From Candidatus Latescibacterota bacterium (GTDB taxonomy: Bacteria > Latescibacterota > UBA2968 > GCA-2709665): a stretch of 64,000 nucleotides of DNA. The DNA is taken from positions 2,816,001-2,880,000 of the forward strand of contig CBDDDZ010000005.1 of NCBI GenBank assembly GCA_965226795.1, written 5' to 3'. Shown piece after piece: positions 30,561-39,814 of the stretch. Under the pieces are notes generated by a model, which had not been told where the DNA came from, did no database searches, and worked only from the letters and a program-made list of their open reading frames with translations. The stretch's first letter is position 1. The number at the start of each line of letters is the position of its first letter. The translations under genes were made by a program, and so were the position numbers.

Positions 30561-30847
30561 GTCCTTTTTCTTGTTCGCGCAAGAAAAAGGACCAAAAAGA
30601 ACCGCGCCTGCCTGCCGAGCACGGCTCGGCGCAGGCAGGCCGCTCGGCGCGGAGCCGGTTTTTCCGCGAATTACGCCTGTGACAGTTACGTTCACTACTG
30701 CCCTGCGAACGCGTAGGCACGCTCCAGGCAACGGCGCAAAACGGAATAGCGCGGAAAAACCCCCATCTCCACCACCGATCGCTCCATGGGAAAATTGCAC
30801 GACAGGGCGAGAGAACTGCGCCGCCGCTTCTCCACCGCCGAGCGGCC
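30561..30847. repeat. Structured non-coding element, copy 2 (longer, with nested 33-bp palindrome)
   Basis: Homologous to 4240-4444. Stems at 30561-30592, 30657-30668/30750-30761 and 30638-30649/30836-30847. Confidence 0.8.
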
Positions 30848-30897
30848 GAGACGAGAACCCGCGAAGCCGCGAAACATTCGCCGCCGCCGTTGGATTT

Positions 30898-31029
30898 GTA
30901 GGGCAACTTTCAAAGTTGCCCACACAATGGCGTGGATATCGCTGATTGGCATCGCGTTTCGGTATCGCCAACGCTACGACGCGCGGAATCTGTAGGGGCG
31001 ACCGGCCGGTCGCCCCTACAGATTCCGCG
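30898..31029. repeat. GTAG-type REP-like palindromes, including a perfect 48-bp palindrome
   Basis: gtagggcaactttcaaagttgccc at 30898-30921; cgcggaatctgtaggggcgaccgg|ccggtcgcccctacagattccgcg at 30982-31029. Confidence 0.75.
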
Positions 31030-31112
31030 AATTGACATCGCTGTAGCCATTTCGGGTTGTTCACGGGGCCGACACCGCGTCGAGCGGCCAAATTGAGTCA
31101 CACTGATATCGT

Positions 31113-31147
31113 ATCGCCCGGTATTGAAATACCGGGCGATTAATTTT
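31113..31147. terminator. Hairpin, possible terminator
   Basis: atcgcccggtat-tgaa-ataccgggcgat followed by an AT-rich tail. Confidence 0.4.
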
Positions 31148-31214
31148 AACATACTGATTTATAGACATTTATTCTTCACGGATCGACAAATGTCGGATTT
31201 TCCTAAAATTCGGG

Positions 31215-31243
31215 TTGACATATGAACCATCGAAGTGTATTTT
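31215..31243 (+). promoter_or_regulatory. Putative sigma-70 promoter of the iron-uptake locus
   Basis: TTGACA-N17-TATTTT in an AT-rich tract upstream of 31426. Confidence 0.45.
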
Positions 31244-31425
31244 TTTCATTCAAAAATTTTATATATATAACAATCGAACAGTATACAAAATGAACGACGA
31301 ATATGCAGAATTGTTGCCCTATATGCAAAACAGTGAACGAATTTATACTGCCTATCGTCTGTGGCAGCAGTAAAGCGCGCCGTTTGCGTGGATCTGTTTC
31401 GCACGCCAATGGGTAGGGACAATCG

Positions 31426-31738
31426 ATGGTCGAACGAAGCTTTCTGATTCTGTTGGGGCTCATCCTCGCGGTGGCCCCGGTTACGCAGGCATTGAAACCG
31501 CGCCTCGAGGCCGCGCATCCGCGAAAACTATCAGGACCGCAACCTTACGACTATCCACGACGCGCCGGTAGAACACGCGCCTGGTTATCATCTCTGGCAC
31601 ATCTCACTGTCCCAGCGAATTTGCATACCCACAAGGTTTCGACTGGGCGTCGAGAACACATTCAATGAAAAACGACTGGACTATGTTCCCTCGTTGCCCG
31701 GGCGAACGCTCTACGCCGAGTTGATCATGCGTTTCTGA
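31426..31738 (+). pseudogene. TonB-dependent receptor remnant (signal peptide and extreme C-terminus only)
   Basis: Signal peptide MVERSFLILLGLILAVAPVTQA; in another frame RLGVENTFNEK...PGRTLYAELIMRF*, a typical receptor C-terminal pattern. Confidence 0.7.
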
Positions 31739-31881
31739 TCGTCGTCAAACCCTGAAAGGGAGGAGTCCGTGAAAACCTGACACCCGATGCGCCAGAGAGA
31801 TCAGGCCCTCTCTGCCTGCAGGACACAACGGCACTTCTTTTAAATTTCAACAACTGATACCATTTACATAGCGGGAGGTTT

Positions 31882-33123
31882 ATGAACGGATTTTTCTTGT
31901 GCAGTATCGTTCTGGTGCTCGCGCTGCCTGCGAACATCATGGGCGAGGATGACAAGTCAGTATCCAAACTGAAAATCACGGGATACGGCGAACTCATCTA
32001 CTCGCATTTCGATTACGGCCCCGACCAGAAGAGCAGCCTGACGGGTTCGCCGCCAGACAGCCGCGCGACCATTGACATTGCGCGTCTGGCGCTCGAACTG
32101 GAAACCCGTCTGTCGCACGGTGTCGAATTGGAAGCTGAAGTCGAAATCGAACACGGCGGCACCGGGGGCGCTCTCGAAATTGAATACGAGGAATTCGGTA
32201 AATACGAAACCGAAGTGGAAAAAGGCGGTGAAGTTATCCTCGAAGAACTCTACGTCGAACGCGAGTTCAGCGACGCGTTCAACCTCCGCCTGGGCCACCT
32301 CTACGTTGCCGTGGGTCTAACCACCGAGCAATACCATCCCTTGGACTTTTTCGGAACCCGCCGCCCCGAATCGGAAACCACCGTTATTCCGTCAATATGG
32401 CACGAAACCGGAATTGAAATCAACGGCTATATCAATCGTCTGAGCTACCAGTTTCAACTCGTCAACGGCCTGGATGCCACAGGTTTCAGTTCGCAAAACT
32501 GGATTGTGGGAGGCCATCAGACGCGCTTTGAGGAGGTTCGCGCATCAAACATGGCCCTTGCGGGTCGGTTGGACTACCGTCTCGTTGATGGTCTCACCGT
32601 TGGCGTATCGGGTTATCGCGGCAACAGCGCCGACAACCGCCCCAAACCCGACATGAAAGATGCGAATGCCTATGTGTCCATCTTTGATGTCCACGCTGTG
32701 CTGCGATACAATCGCTTCCGCGCACAGGGTATGTATCTCTATGGGCATCTGCAAAACGCGGCTATTGTGAGCCAGCGCAATCGAACGCTGTCCAATAATC
32801 TCGATGTGTTGCGCACGCCCGTTGCCAGCACCGCGTATGCGTCTTATGCCGAAGTCGGTTGCGATATCCTGCCCTTTTTCGCATCGCGCCAGGCAGACCA
32901 ACTCTACCTGTTTTTTCGATTTGACAGTTATGACACAATGGCCAGCGTGCCGCAGAACTTTTTTGACAATCCGCGCTTCGAACGTCGTGTCTACACGTTT
33001 GGCCTCAACTACGTTATGGACAACGCCGTCGTTCTCAAAGGCGACTATGCCATGCGTCGCCTCGGTGCTTTAAACTTCAACGGTGAGAATACGGCCAGTC
33101 TCGCACTTGGTTTTCAATTCTAA
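31882..33123 (+). CDS. Outer-membrane beta-barrel/porin-like protein of imelysin-DHOR loci
   Basis: Signal peptide; EVEIEHGGTG...EYEEFG..E.EVEKGGEV; C-terminal LGFQF; GGAGG RBS. Confidence 0.75.
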   Translation: MNGFFLCSIVLVLALPANIMGEDDKSVSKLKITGYGELIYSHFDYGPDQKSSLTGSPPDSRATIDIARLALELETRLSHGVELEAEVEIEHGGTGGALEIEYEEFGKYETEVEKGGEVILEELYVEREFSDAFNLRLGHLYVAVGLTTEQYHPLDFFGTRRPESETTVIPSIWHETGIEINGYINRLSYQFQLVNGLDATGFSSQNWIVGGHQTRFEEVRASNMALAGRLDYRLVDGLTVGVSGYRGNSADNRPKPDMKDANAYVSIFDVHAVLRYNRFRAQGMYLYGHLQNAAIVSQRNRTLSNNLDVLRTPVASTAYASYAEVGCDILPFFASRQADQLYLFFRFDSYDTMASVPQNFFDNPRFERRVYTFGLNYVMDNAVVLKGDYAMRRLGALNFNGENTASLALGFQF

Positions 33124-33142
33124 TTTTTCTGGAGGAATACCG

Positions 33143-33369
33143 TTGAAGCAGTGGGCCTCGATCATTTCGTCAAGAGCAGGAACGCGGCTCTCGACACGCG
33201 TTTACAAAACGAAATCAAGACGGTCATCGAGGAAATCGGCAAAATCTCCATCCCGTTCCGCGATGCTCTGACCACTGACGGCGCACAGATCACTCGGGCG
33301 CAACAGGCCATTGCAACTGTGCAACAGACCCTCGAAGGCGATGTCGCGCGCCTGGTACATGACGAGTAA
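33143..33369 (+). pseudogene. Imelysin (IrpA/LruB-like) C-terminal remnant
   Basis: GGAGG + TTG AAG is joined out of frame to GLDHFVKSRNAALDTRL...IPFRDA...AQQAIATVQQTLE. Lies between the porin and DHOR genes, the usual imelysin position. Confidence 0.65.
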
Positions 33370-33400
33370 TAAGCCGCCGCGTGCAATTGCCGGAAAGCCG

Positions 33401-33425
33401 GTAGGGCAACCTACCATAGTTGCCC
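33401..33425 (+). repeat. GTAG-type REP-like palindrome
   Basis: gtagggcaac-ctaccata-gttgccc; same arms as the copy at 30898. Confidence 0.6.
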
Positions 33426-33483
33426 TTTTGACTCCGTTTGCAGAATTGACCGCTTATCTGATTGATATCAAGATCTCGTTCTC

Positions 33484-34869
33484 GTGAATATATATAGGTA
33501 TATTTCGGGCGCCATTGCCGCAATGCTGTTCGTCTGTGCATGTGGCAGCGATGAGATAATTGCACCCATCCCCAACGAAAACAAAGCCCTGTCCGGCGGG
33601 CAGGCAACGGTTTTTGACGCATCCAGTCAGGCCTTTGAAATGCCCATCCCAACGCTCTCGGCTGACGAACTCGACAGGTTTCTTGCAGGCGATGCCACGT
33701 TTGAACAGGTCTTTGTCACGCCGCCGGCTGATGTAAACCCCGGTGCAGGTCCCGTGTTCAGCCAGACATCTTGCGTGGGATGTCATTTGCGCGACGGGCG
33801 AGGGCGCGGCGCATTCGGCTCTGAACCACCCTTTGTCGGTTCTATGCTCATGCGCGTCAGCCTTCCCGGATTCACCCAGCATGGCGGGCCTGCGCCTGTT
33901 CCCGGCTTTGGAGTACAACTCGGCGACCGTGCAAACTTCGGTGTTGAACCCGAAGCGCGTGTTCAAGTCAGCTCTTTTGAAACCGTAGAAATATTGGCCG
34001 GTGACGAAGAGGTCTACCTGAAACACCCGGTCTACGACATTGTTGATCCATATCAACCACTGCCCGCAGGGGTTCTTCTGTCGGCACGCATGGCACCGCC
34101 CGTATTCGGACGCGGCCCGTTGGAAGCTATTTCCGAGTCTGACATTCTCGCCCGTTCGGATCCCGCAGATGCCGATGGGGACGGCATATCGGGCCGCCCC
34201 AATTATGTGTACAATTTCCGAACGGGTCGGACAGAACTCGGACGTTTTGGACTGAAAGCCAACAATCCCGATATCTTGCAGCAGCTCGCCAGCGCGTACA
34301 ACGAGGACATGGGCGTTACCAGCCCATACTTTCCCCGGGAATCCGTATGGGGGCAGACCCAGCACGACGGCCTCGACGACGATCCGGAAATCGGGCAGGA
34401 GACCCTGGACGTCACCACGTTTTATATCCAAACCCTCGCCGTACCCGCGCGGCGCAATTGGGATGATGCCCAGGTAATTCGCGGTGAAAATCTCTTTGAA
34501 TCGACGGGTTGTGCAGCCTGCCATACGATCACTTTTCAAACGGGCGGCCACGCCATCGCGTCATTATCAGGCCAGATCATTCACCCCTATACTGATTTGC
34601 TGCTGCACGACATGGGCGACGCGCTTGCCGACAATCGCCCGGACTTCGAAGCCAATGGGCGCGAGTGGAAAACGCCCGCGCTGTGGGGCATTGGCCTCAC
34701 GGAAACCGTCAATGGCATTCCGGCTGGATTCCTGCACGACGGCAGGGCAGAAACCCTTCTCGAAGCCATTATGTTTCACGGTGGTGAAGCTGAACGGTCG
34801 CGCGAGAAAGTGCGCCGTCTATCCGGAGCTAACCGAGAGGCATTGCTCGCCTTCTTGCGATCGTTGTAG
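33484..34869 (+). CDS. Di-heme oxidoreductase family (DHOR/DUF1111) protein, probable lipoprotein
   Basis: Two CxxCH motifs (CVGCH, CAACH); DPADADGDGISGR; TDLLLHDMG; LHDGRA; lipobox-like CACG. Confidence 0.9.
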   Translation: MNIYRYISGAIAAMLFVCACGSDEIIAPIPNENKALSGGQATVFDASSQAFEMPIPTLSADELDRFLAGDATFEQVFVTPPADVNPGAGPVFSQTSCVGCHLRDGRGRGAFGSEPPFVGSMLMRVSLPGFTQHGGPAPVPGFGVQLGDRANFGVEPEARVQVSSFETVEILAGDEEVYLKHPVYDIVDPYQPLPAGVLLSARMAPPVFGRGPLEAISESDILARSDPADADGDGISGRPNYVYNFRTGRTELGRFGLKANNPDILQQLASAYNEDMGVTSPYFPRESVWGQTQHDGLDDDPEIGQETLDVTTFYIQTLAVPARRNWDDAQVIRGENLFESTGCAACHTITFQTGGHAIASLSGQIIHPYTDLLLHDMGDALADNRPDFEANGREWKTPALWGIGLTETVNGIPAGFLHDGRAETLLEAIMFHGGEAERSREKVRRLSGANREALLAFLRSL

Positions 34870-34947
34870 AACGCCCCACCGGCGCGATGAAAATCGGCTG
34901 GATAATGCACCCTCGGCACCCGCGACCGCCGACGCTTCGCCGATACA

Positions 34948-34988
34948 GACAAGGGGTTACGAGCCTGTGCTCGCAACCCCTTGTTTTT
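34948..34988. terminator. Hairpin between the convergent DHOR and tRNA genes
   Basis: acaaggggttacgagc-ctgt-gctcgcaaccccttgt followed by a T run. Confidence 0.55.
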
Positions 34989-34991
34989 CAA

Positions 34992-35068
34992 TGGTCGGGG
35001 AGGCGGGATTCGAACCCGCGACCCCCTGCTCCCAAAGCAGGTGCTCTGCCGGACTGAGCCACTCCCCG
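34992..35068 (-). tRNA. tRNA-Pro(TGG)
   Basis: Minus strand CGGGGAG acceptor stem; anticodon arm CCTGC-TTTGGGA-GCAGG; GGTTCGAATCC T-arm; encoded CCA end. Confidence 0.97.
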
Positions 35069-35430
35069 TCACGTCATTTCAGTATGCGGTACCCGTTCGG
35101 AATATCCATAAATCGGTGGCTTCGAGCAAGAAAAAAAGGTGGACATGCCTGCAGAATACAGCGCGAACGAGGACTCACCGGACCAATAACGTACGCACCT
35201 CCACAGCGGTATAGCGAACCCGACAGGCGCAGAGCGCGCCCAATCATCGGCTGCCCCGTTTCTTATTGCTCTGTCGATCACCGGACGGTACTTTGGAGCC
35301 CGGAGGTCTACTTTTGCGGGTCGGTTTCCGGCACGTCCGGTTGCTTGCCGGAATCTCATTAAGCCGGGCTTCTATGGCGGCGGGCTCGACCCCTTTGGCG
35401 GGCCACGACCATGCCCGGGAGAGTCATTCC

Positions 35431-38400
35431 ATGAAATCCATACAGCTGCTCATCTATACGGTCTTATTTTTGACTCACCACACACCGGCGGACATCCACG
35501 CACAAGATTTTACCGGGTGGGGGCTGCCCGAAGGCGCCAGAGCACGTCTTGGCAAGGGTTGGCTCCATCAAGTGGCATACTCACCCGATGGCGACCGGAT
35601 CGCGGTTGCCAGCAATATCGGTGTGATGATCTATGATGCAGAATCGGGGTCCGAAGTCGCGTTGATCTCCGATGGAACGGCTCGAATCAGGTCCGTGTCG
35701 TACGCCCCGGATGGAAGGACGCTGGCGACGGGAGACGGCAGCAGGGTTCAGCTGTGGGACGCGGCAACCGCCGAACACAGAGCAACTTTCGCGGCACGGT
35801 GGCGGAGTGCGAACACCGTGGCGTTTTCTGCCGATGGCAGCGTCGTCGCCACTGGTGGTTTCGGCGTGATGCGCCTGTTGGACGCTGAAACTGGCGAAGA
35901 TATCGCGGTTTTTCATACGGGGCACACGTCAGACATTACACCCGTGGTGATTTCTCCGGACGGCGGCACCCTCGCCCATGTTGCGACCTATGGGGTGAAG
36001 CTGTGGGATGTTGCCGCCCGCCAGCACAGAAAATCGCTCAAGGGACATACCAGCCTGGTGGCCGATCTGGCGTTTTCTCCGGATGGATGTACACTGGCCA
36101 GTGGGAGCTTCGACGGGACCGTTCGACTATGGGACACGCGGACCGGTTTCATCAAGGCGATTCTTGAAGGGCATCACGGCGGCGCCGTGTCCGTAGCCTA
36201 TTCCGCGGACGGCAGTACCCTCGCGTGCGGTACAAACAACGGCGAGATCCAGTTGTGGAACGCACTCACACTTCAACGGGGGGCTACCCTCAAAGGACAC
36301 AGCCGTCTGGTGCCTTCCGTGGCGTTCTCTCCGGACGGCGGAACCCTTGTCAGTGGAAGTCGTGACGGAACGGTCCGATTGTGGGATACCGTTAGCGCAA
36401 GACAAAAGGCGATCATTTCCGGGCATACCGACGGCGTGCTTTCGTTGGGTTTTTCTGCTGACGGCGGAACCCTTGCTTCGGGATCCTACGACGGGACGAT
36501 CCAGTTGTGGGATGCGGCCATCGGGCAACAAAAAACATCCTTTGTTGCTCACGAGGGCTGGGTCAACGCCGTGGCCTACTCGCCGGATGGCCAGACGCTC
36601 GCAAGTGCGAGTTCCGTTGAGGCAACATGGAGCCAGGCCGAGACGGTACGGTTGTGGGATGCGGTTACCGGACAACTGAAGGCATCTCTCAAAGGGCACA
36701 TGGGCTCCGTAGGATCCGTCGTGTTCTCCCCGGACGGCAGCATACTGGCCAGCGGTGGCAGCTCCGACCGGACGATACGCTTGTGGGACGCCCAAACCGG
36801 TACGCACGTAAGAACATTGGAGGGACACAGGGGGGGTGTCCAGTCCCTGGCGTTCGCCCCGGACGGCGAGACGCTCGCGAGTGGCGCGTACGACGAGACG
36901 GTTCGATTGTGGGATGTGGATACCGGCCAGGAAAGGACAATTCTTATCCGGAACACAGGTTCGATTCGATCCATGGCCTATTCGCCGGATGGCAAGACGC
37001 TGGCCGCCGCGACCAGTGGCAGGGTGAGGTTGTGGGATGCTGGCACAGGCGTACTCAAGGCGACCTTCGAGGGCTACACGAACGTGGTCAACTCGGTCGC
37101 GTTCTCGCCTGACGGAGGCACGCTTGCCAGTGGCGACGGATACTATGGCGAGGAAGACAATACAGTACGGCTATGGGATATTGCCACCCATAAGAATACG
37201 GCAACCGTATCGGGACATACGTTGATGGTCCATTCCGTCGCGTTTTCGTCCGATGGCGGAACGCTGGCAAGCGGAAGCCTCGACGGCACGATTATCCTGT
37301 GGGATATGGCCGAGTTGAGGCAACTCCCCGCCGCGCTTTTGAGGATCTCGGGCAACAACCAGAAGGGCGCGGCGGGCGTGCAGTTGGATCGACCGTTCGT
37401 GGTCGAACTGCGGGATCAGGCCGGAAATCCCGTACAGGGTGTTCAAGTCGCCTTTACCGTTGCGGAAGGCGCTGGCAAACTCAGCGGAGAGTTTGACGTT
37501 AAAAGCACAACGACTGATGACAGAGGCAGGGCGGCGGGGACGCTCACAGTCGGTCCGGGGAGCAACGTTGTTGAGGTATCGGTCGCGGGGATCCAGCCCG
37601 TCACCTTCAGCGCCGTGGGCGTCAGTCCCTCCCTGTCTTCATTTATGGAAGGCGACTATCAGCTGTGGCATCTGCCCCACGGCGCCATGGCCCGGGCGGG
37701 AAAAGGGAACGTTCGCAGCAGGGAAAGAGGCGTGGCGTTCTCCCCCGACGGCCAACGCCTGGCGGTCGGGGGAAGCATTGGCGTATGGATTTACGACGCG
37801 GCGACCCACAGGGAACTCGGACTACTCGGCGGGCACACGGCAAAGGTATCGTCGGTCGCGTTTTCACCCGACGCCACGATGGTGGCCTCGGGGTCCGGAG
37901 ATGCGACGGTCAAGTTGTGGGACGTGACGTCGGGAGAGGTACTTCAAACGCTCGAGGAACATCGGAGTCCTGTCCTTTGTGTGGCTTTTTCACCTGACGG
38001 CTCGCGGCTCGCTTCAGGATCCTATCCGGAGAATACGATCGGAATCTGGGATATTGCAACGGGATACATCACCGACCTGCTTGAAGGGCACACCGGGGCG
38101 GTAGCGTCCGTTGCTTTTGCTCCCGACGGGAAAACCCTCGCTTCGGGATCGGGCGACGATACGATCAAGCTCTGGGACCTCGCAACAGCGGACAATACCG
38201 CCACGATTGAAGGACATGAAGACTATGTCACGTCTATTGCGTTCGCCCCCGATGGAAAGACCCTCGCCTCCGCGTCATGGGATCGGACAATCAGGTTTTG
38301 GGATGTCTCAACCGCAACTGAGACCGCCGCGATCCGGACGCAAAGAGAGCGGCCCATGTCGATTGCCTATGCGCCCGATGGAAAAACACTTGCTTCGGGA

Positions 38401-39639
38401 TCGGATCGCACGATCAGACTCTGGGATGTTGCGGACGGAAGACATCTCGCCATGCTTACGGGACACACGGACGATGTCCATAGCGTCGCGTTTTCACCCG
38501 GCGGCGACCGACTCGTCTCCGCGGCAAACGACGATCGGGTCATGCTGTGGGACGTTGAAACACGAACAAATATCGCTACGCTGAAAGGGCACAGGGGCAA
38601 GATCCATTTCGTGGCATTCTCGCCCGACGGGACGACCCTGGCCTATGGACCCCGGGAGGGCGGTGTGAGACTGTGGGACGTTGCATCGAGAGCGGATTCG
38701 GCCGCACCTTTTGAAACGCCGCCCAGTGTCACCTGTCTGGCGTATTCGCCGACCGGGAAAAATCTCGCTATCGGATCTGGAGGGGACATCAAACTGATCG
38801 ACGTTGAGACAGACGAAATTATCCACACGCTAAAAGGGCATTCGCGTGGCGTCATGGCCTTGGCCTTTTCGCCGGATGGCGCGTTACTCGTTTCGGGGTC
38901 CTATGACGCCAGTGTCAGACTGTGGGATGTTTCCACTGGAGCTAATACCGCCACAATTGACGAACATGGAAGTGAAATCAATGATGTTGCGTTCTCGCCC
39001 GACGGGGCCATGGTCGTGTCTGCATCAACAGACAAGACAATCAGGCTGTGGGACGTAGCGACGGGGACGAATGTCGCCAAGTTTCAGGGGCCCCAGGGAC
39101 ACTATACCGTTGCGTTTTCCCCAGACGGCGCCACACTCGCGTCGGGGGCCTATGAAAGCTCGATCAGATTGTGGAACGTCTCGACGGGACTCAATTTCGC
39201 CTCCCTGGACGACCTGCGAGGAGTTGCGTTGTCGGTGGCATTTTCGCCCGACGGCGCCTGGCTGGCCGCTGGCCTATGGAATGGCACCATTGATCTGTGG
39301 GATGTGTCGGAAGGAACCAGAGCCGCCACTTTCACCGGACATATGGACATTGTTCGATCCGTGGCGTACTCACCCGACGGAAAAACACTTGCATCAGGGT
39401 CTGAGGACGGCACGGTGCTGCTATGGGATATGTCTTCTTACGTCGCACCACCGGCACCAACCGCGGATTTCGACGAGGACGGAACGGTTGGTTTTTCGGA
39501 CTTCCTGCAATTCGCGGGGAAATTCGGGCTGAGTCGTGGCGATAAAGGATATGTGGCGAAGTACGACCTGGACGGCAATGGCTGCGTCGAGTTTGTGGAC
39601 TTCCGTATCTTCGTCAACAGGTTTGGTCAGACGGGTTGA
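35431..39639 (+). CDS. Secreted double WD40-repeat protein with central Ig-like (Big_1) domain and C-terminal EF-hand pair
   Basis: More than 25 GH...AFSPDG..LASGS.D.TV.LWD repeats in two blocks; ISGNNQ..G...F.V...D..GNPV.GV.V.F Ig pattern; DFDEDGTVGFSDFLQF tail. Confidence 0.92.
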   Translation: MKSIQLLIYTVLFLTHHTPADIHAQDFTGWGLPEGARARLGKGWLHQVAYSPDGDRIAVASNIGVMIYDAESGSEVALISDGTARIRSVSYAPDGRTLATGDGSRVQLWDAATAEHRATFAARWRSANTVAFSADGSVVATGGFGVMRLLDAETGEDIAVFHTGHTSDITPVVISPDGGTLAHVATYGVKLWDVAARQHRKSLKGHTSLVADLAFSPDGCTLASGSFDGTVRLWDTRTGFIKAILEGHHGGAVSVAYSADGSTLACGTNNGEIQLWNALTLQRGATLKGHSRLVPSVAFSPDGGTLVSGSRDGTVRLWDTVSARQKAIISGHTDGVLSLGFSADGGTLASGSYDGTIQLWDAAIGQQKTSFVAHEGWVNAVAYSPDGQTLASASSVEATWSQAETVRLWDAVTGQLKASLKGHMGSVGSVVFSPDGSILASGGSSDRTIRLWDAQTGTHVRTLEGHRGGVQSLAFAPDGETLASGAYDETVRLWDVDTGQERTILIRNTGSIRSMAYSPDGKTLAAATSGRVRLWDAGTGVLKATFEGYTNVVNSVAFSPDGGTLASGDGYYGEEDNTVRLWDIATHKNTATVSGHTLMVHSVAFSSDGGTLASGSLDGTIILWDMAELRQLPAALLRISGNNQKGAAGVQLDRPFVVELRDQAGNPVQGVQVAFTVAEGAGKLSGEFDVKSTTTDDRGRAAGTLTVGPGSNVVEVSVAGIQPVTFSAVGVSPSLSSFMEGDYQLWHLPHGAMARAGKGNVRSRERGVAFSPDGQRLAVGGSIGVWIYDAATHRELGLLGGHTAKVSSVAFSPDATMVASGSGDATVKLWDVTSGEVLQTLEEHRSPVLCVAFSPDGSRLASGSYPENTIGIWDIATGYITDLLEGHTGAVASVAFAPDGKTLASGSGDDTIKLWDLATADNTATIEGHEDYVTSIAFAPDGKTLASASWDRTIRFWDVSTATETAAIRTQRERPMSIAYAPDGKTLASGSDRTIRLWDVADGRHLAMLTGHTDDVHSVAFSPGGDRLVSAANDDRVMLWDVETRTNIATLKGHRGKIHFVAFSPDGTTLAYGPREGGVRLWDVASRADSAAPFETPPSVTCLAYSPTGKNLAIGSGGDIKLIDVETDEIIHTLKGHSRGVMALAFSPDGALLVSGSYDASVRLWDVSTGANTATIDEHGSEINDVAFSPDGAMVVSASTDKTIRLWDVATGTNVAKFQGPQGHYTVAFSPDGATLASGAYESSIRLWNVSTGLNFASLDDLRGVALSVAFSPDGAWLAAGLWNGTIDLWDVSEGTRAATFTGHMDIVRSVAYSPDGKTLASGSEDGTVLLWDMSSYVAPPAPTADFDEDGTVGFSDFLQFAGKFGLSRGDKGYVAKYDLDGNGCVEFVDFRIFVNRFGQTG

Positions 39640-39814
39640 AGCCGTTGCGGAAGACATCGAGGGAAGATTCGCAGTCTGGTTTATGCCCGCGAGGACCGGA
39701 CCGCGGTATGCCAGGCTCCATCGATTTCACTTGCCCGGGCCAACCGGGCAAAGTAATTTGACGTGCGGTTAGCATCGTGCGGTTTCACATTCCATTTTCA
39801 GTGGTTTCCAGCCT

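Noticed and set aside
30396..31091. ORFs across the repeat region (also 4112-4616)
   Set aside because: Similar peptides in both places arise from the shared non-coding element; ORF boundaries differ between copies and no protein motifs are present.
33460..33485. Fur box before DHOR, or in the 31250-31290 AT tract
   Set aside because: Only partial resemblance; not distinguishable from AT-rich background without a matrix scan.
34992..35030. attL/attR duplication of the tRNA-Pro 3' end
   Set aside because: No second copy and no integrase seen by eye in the window.
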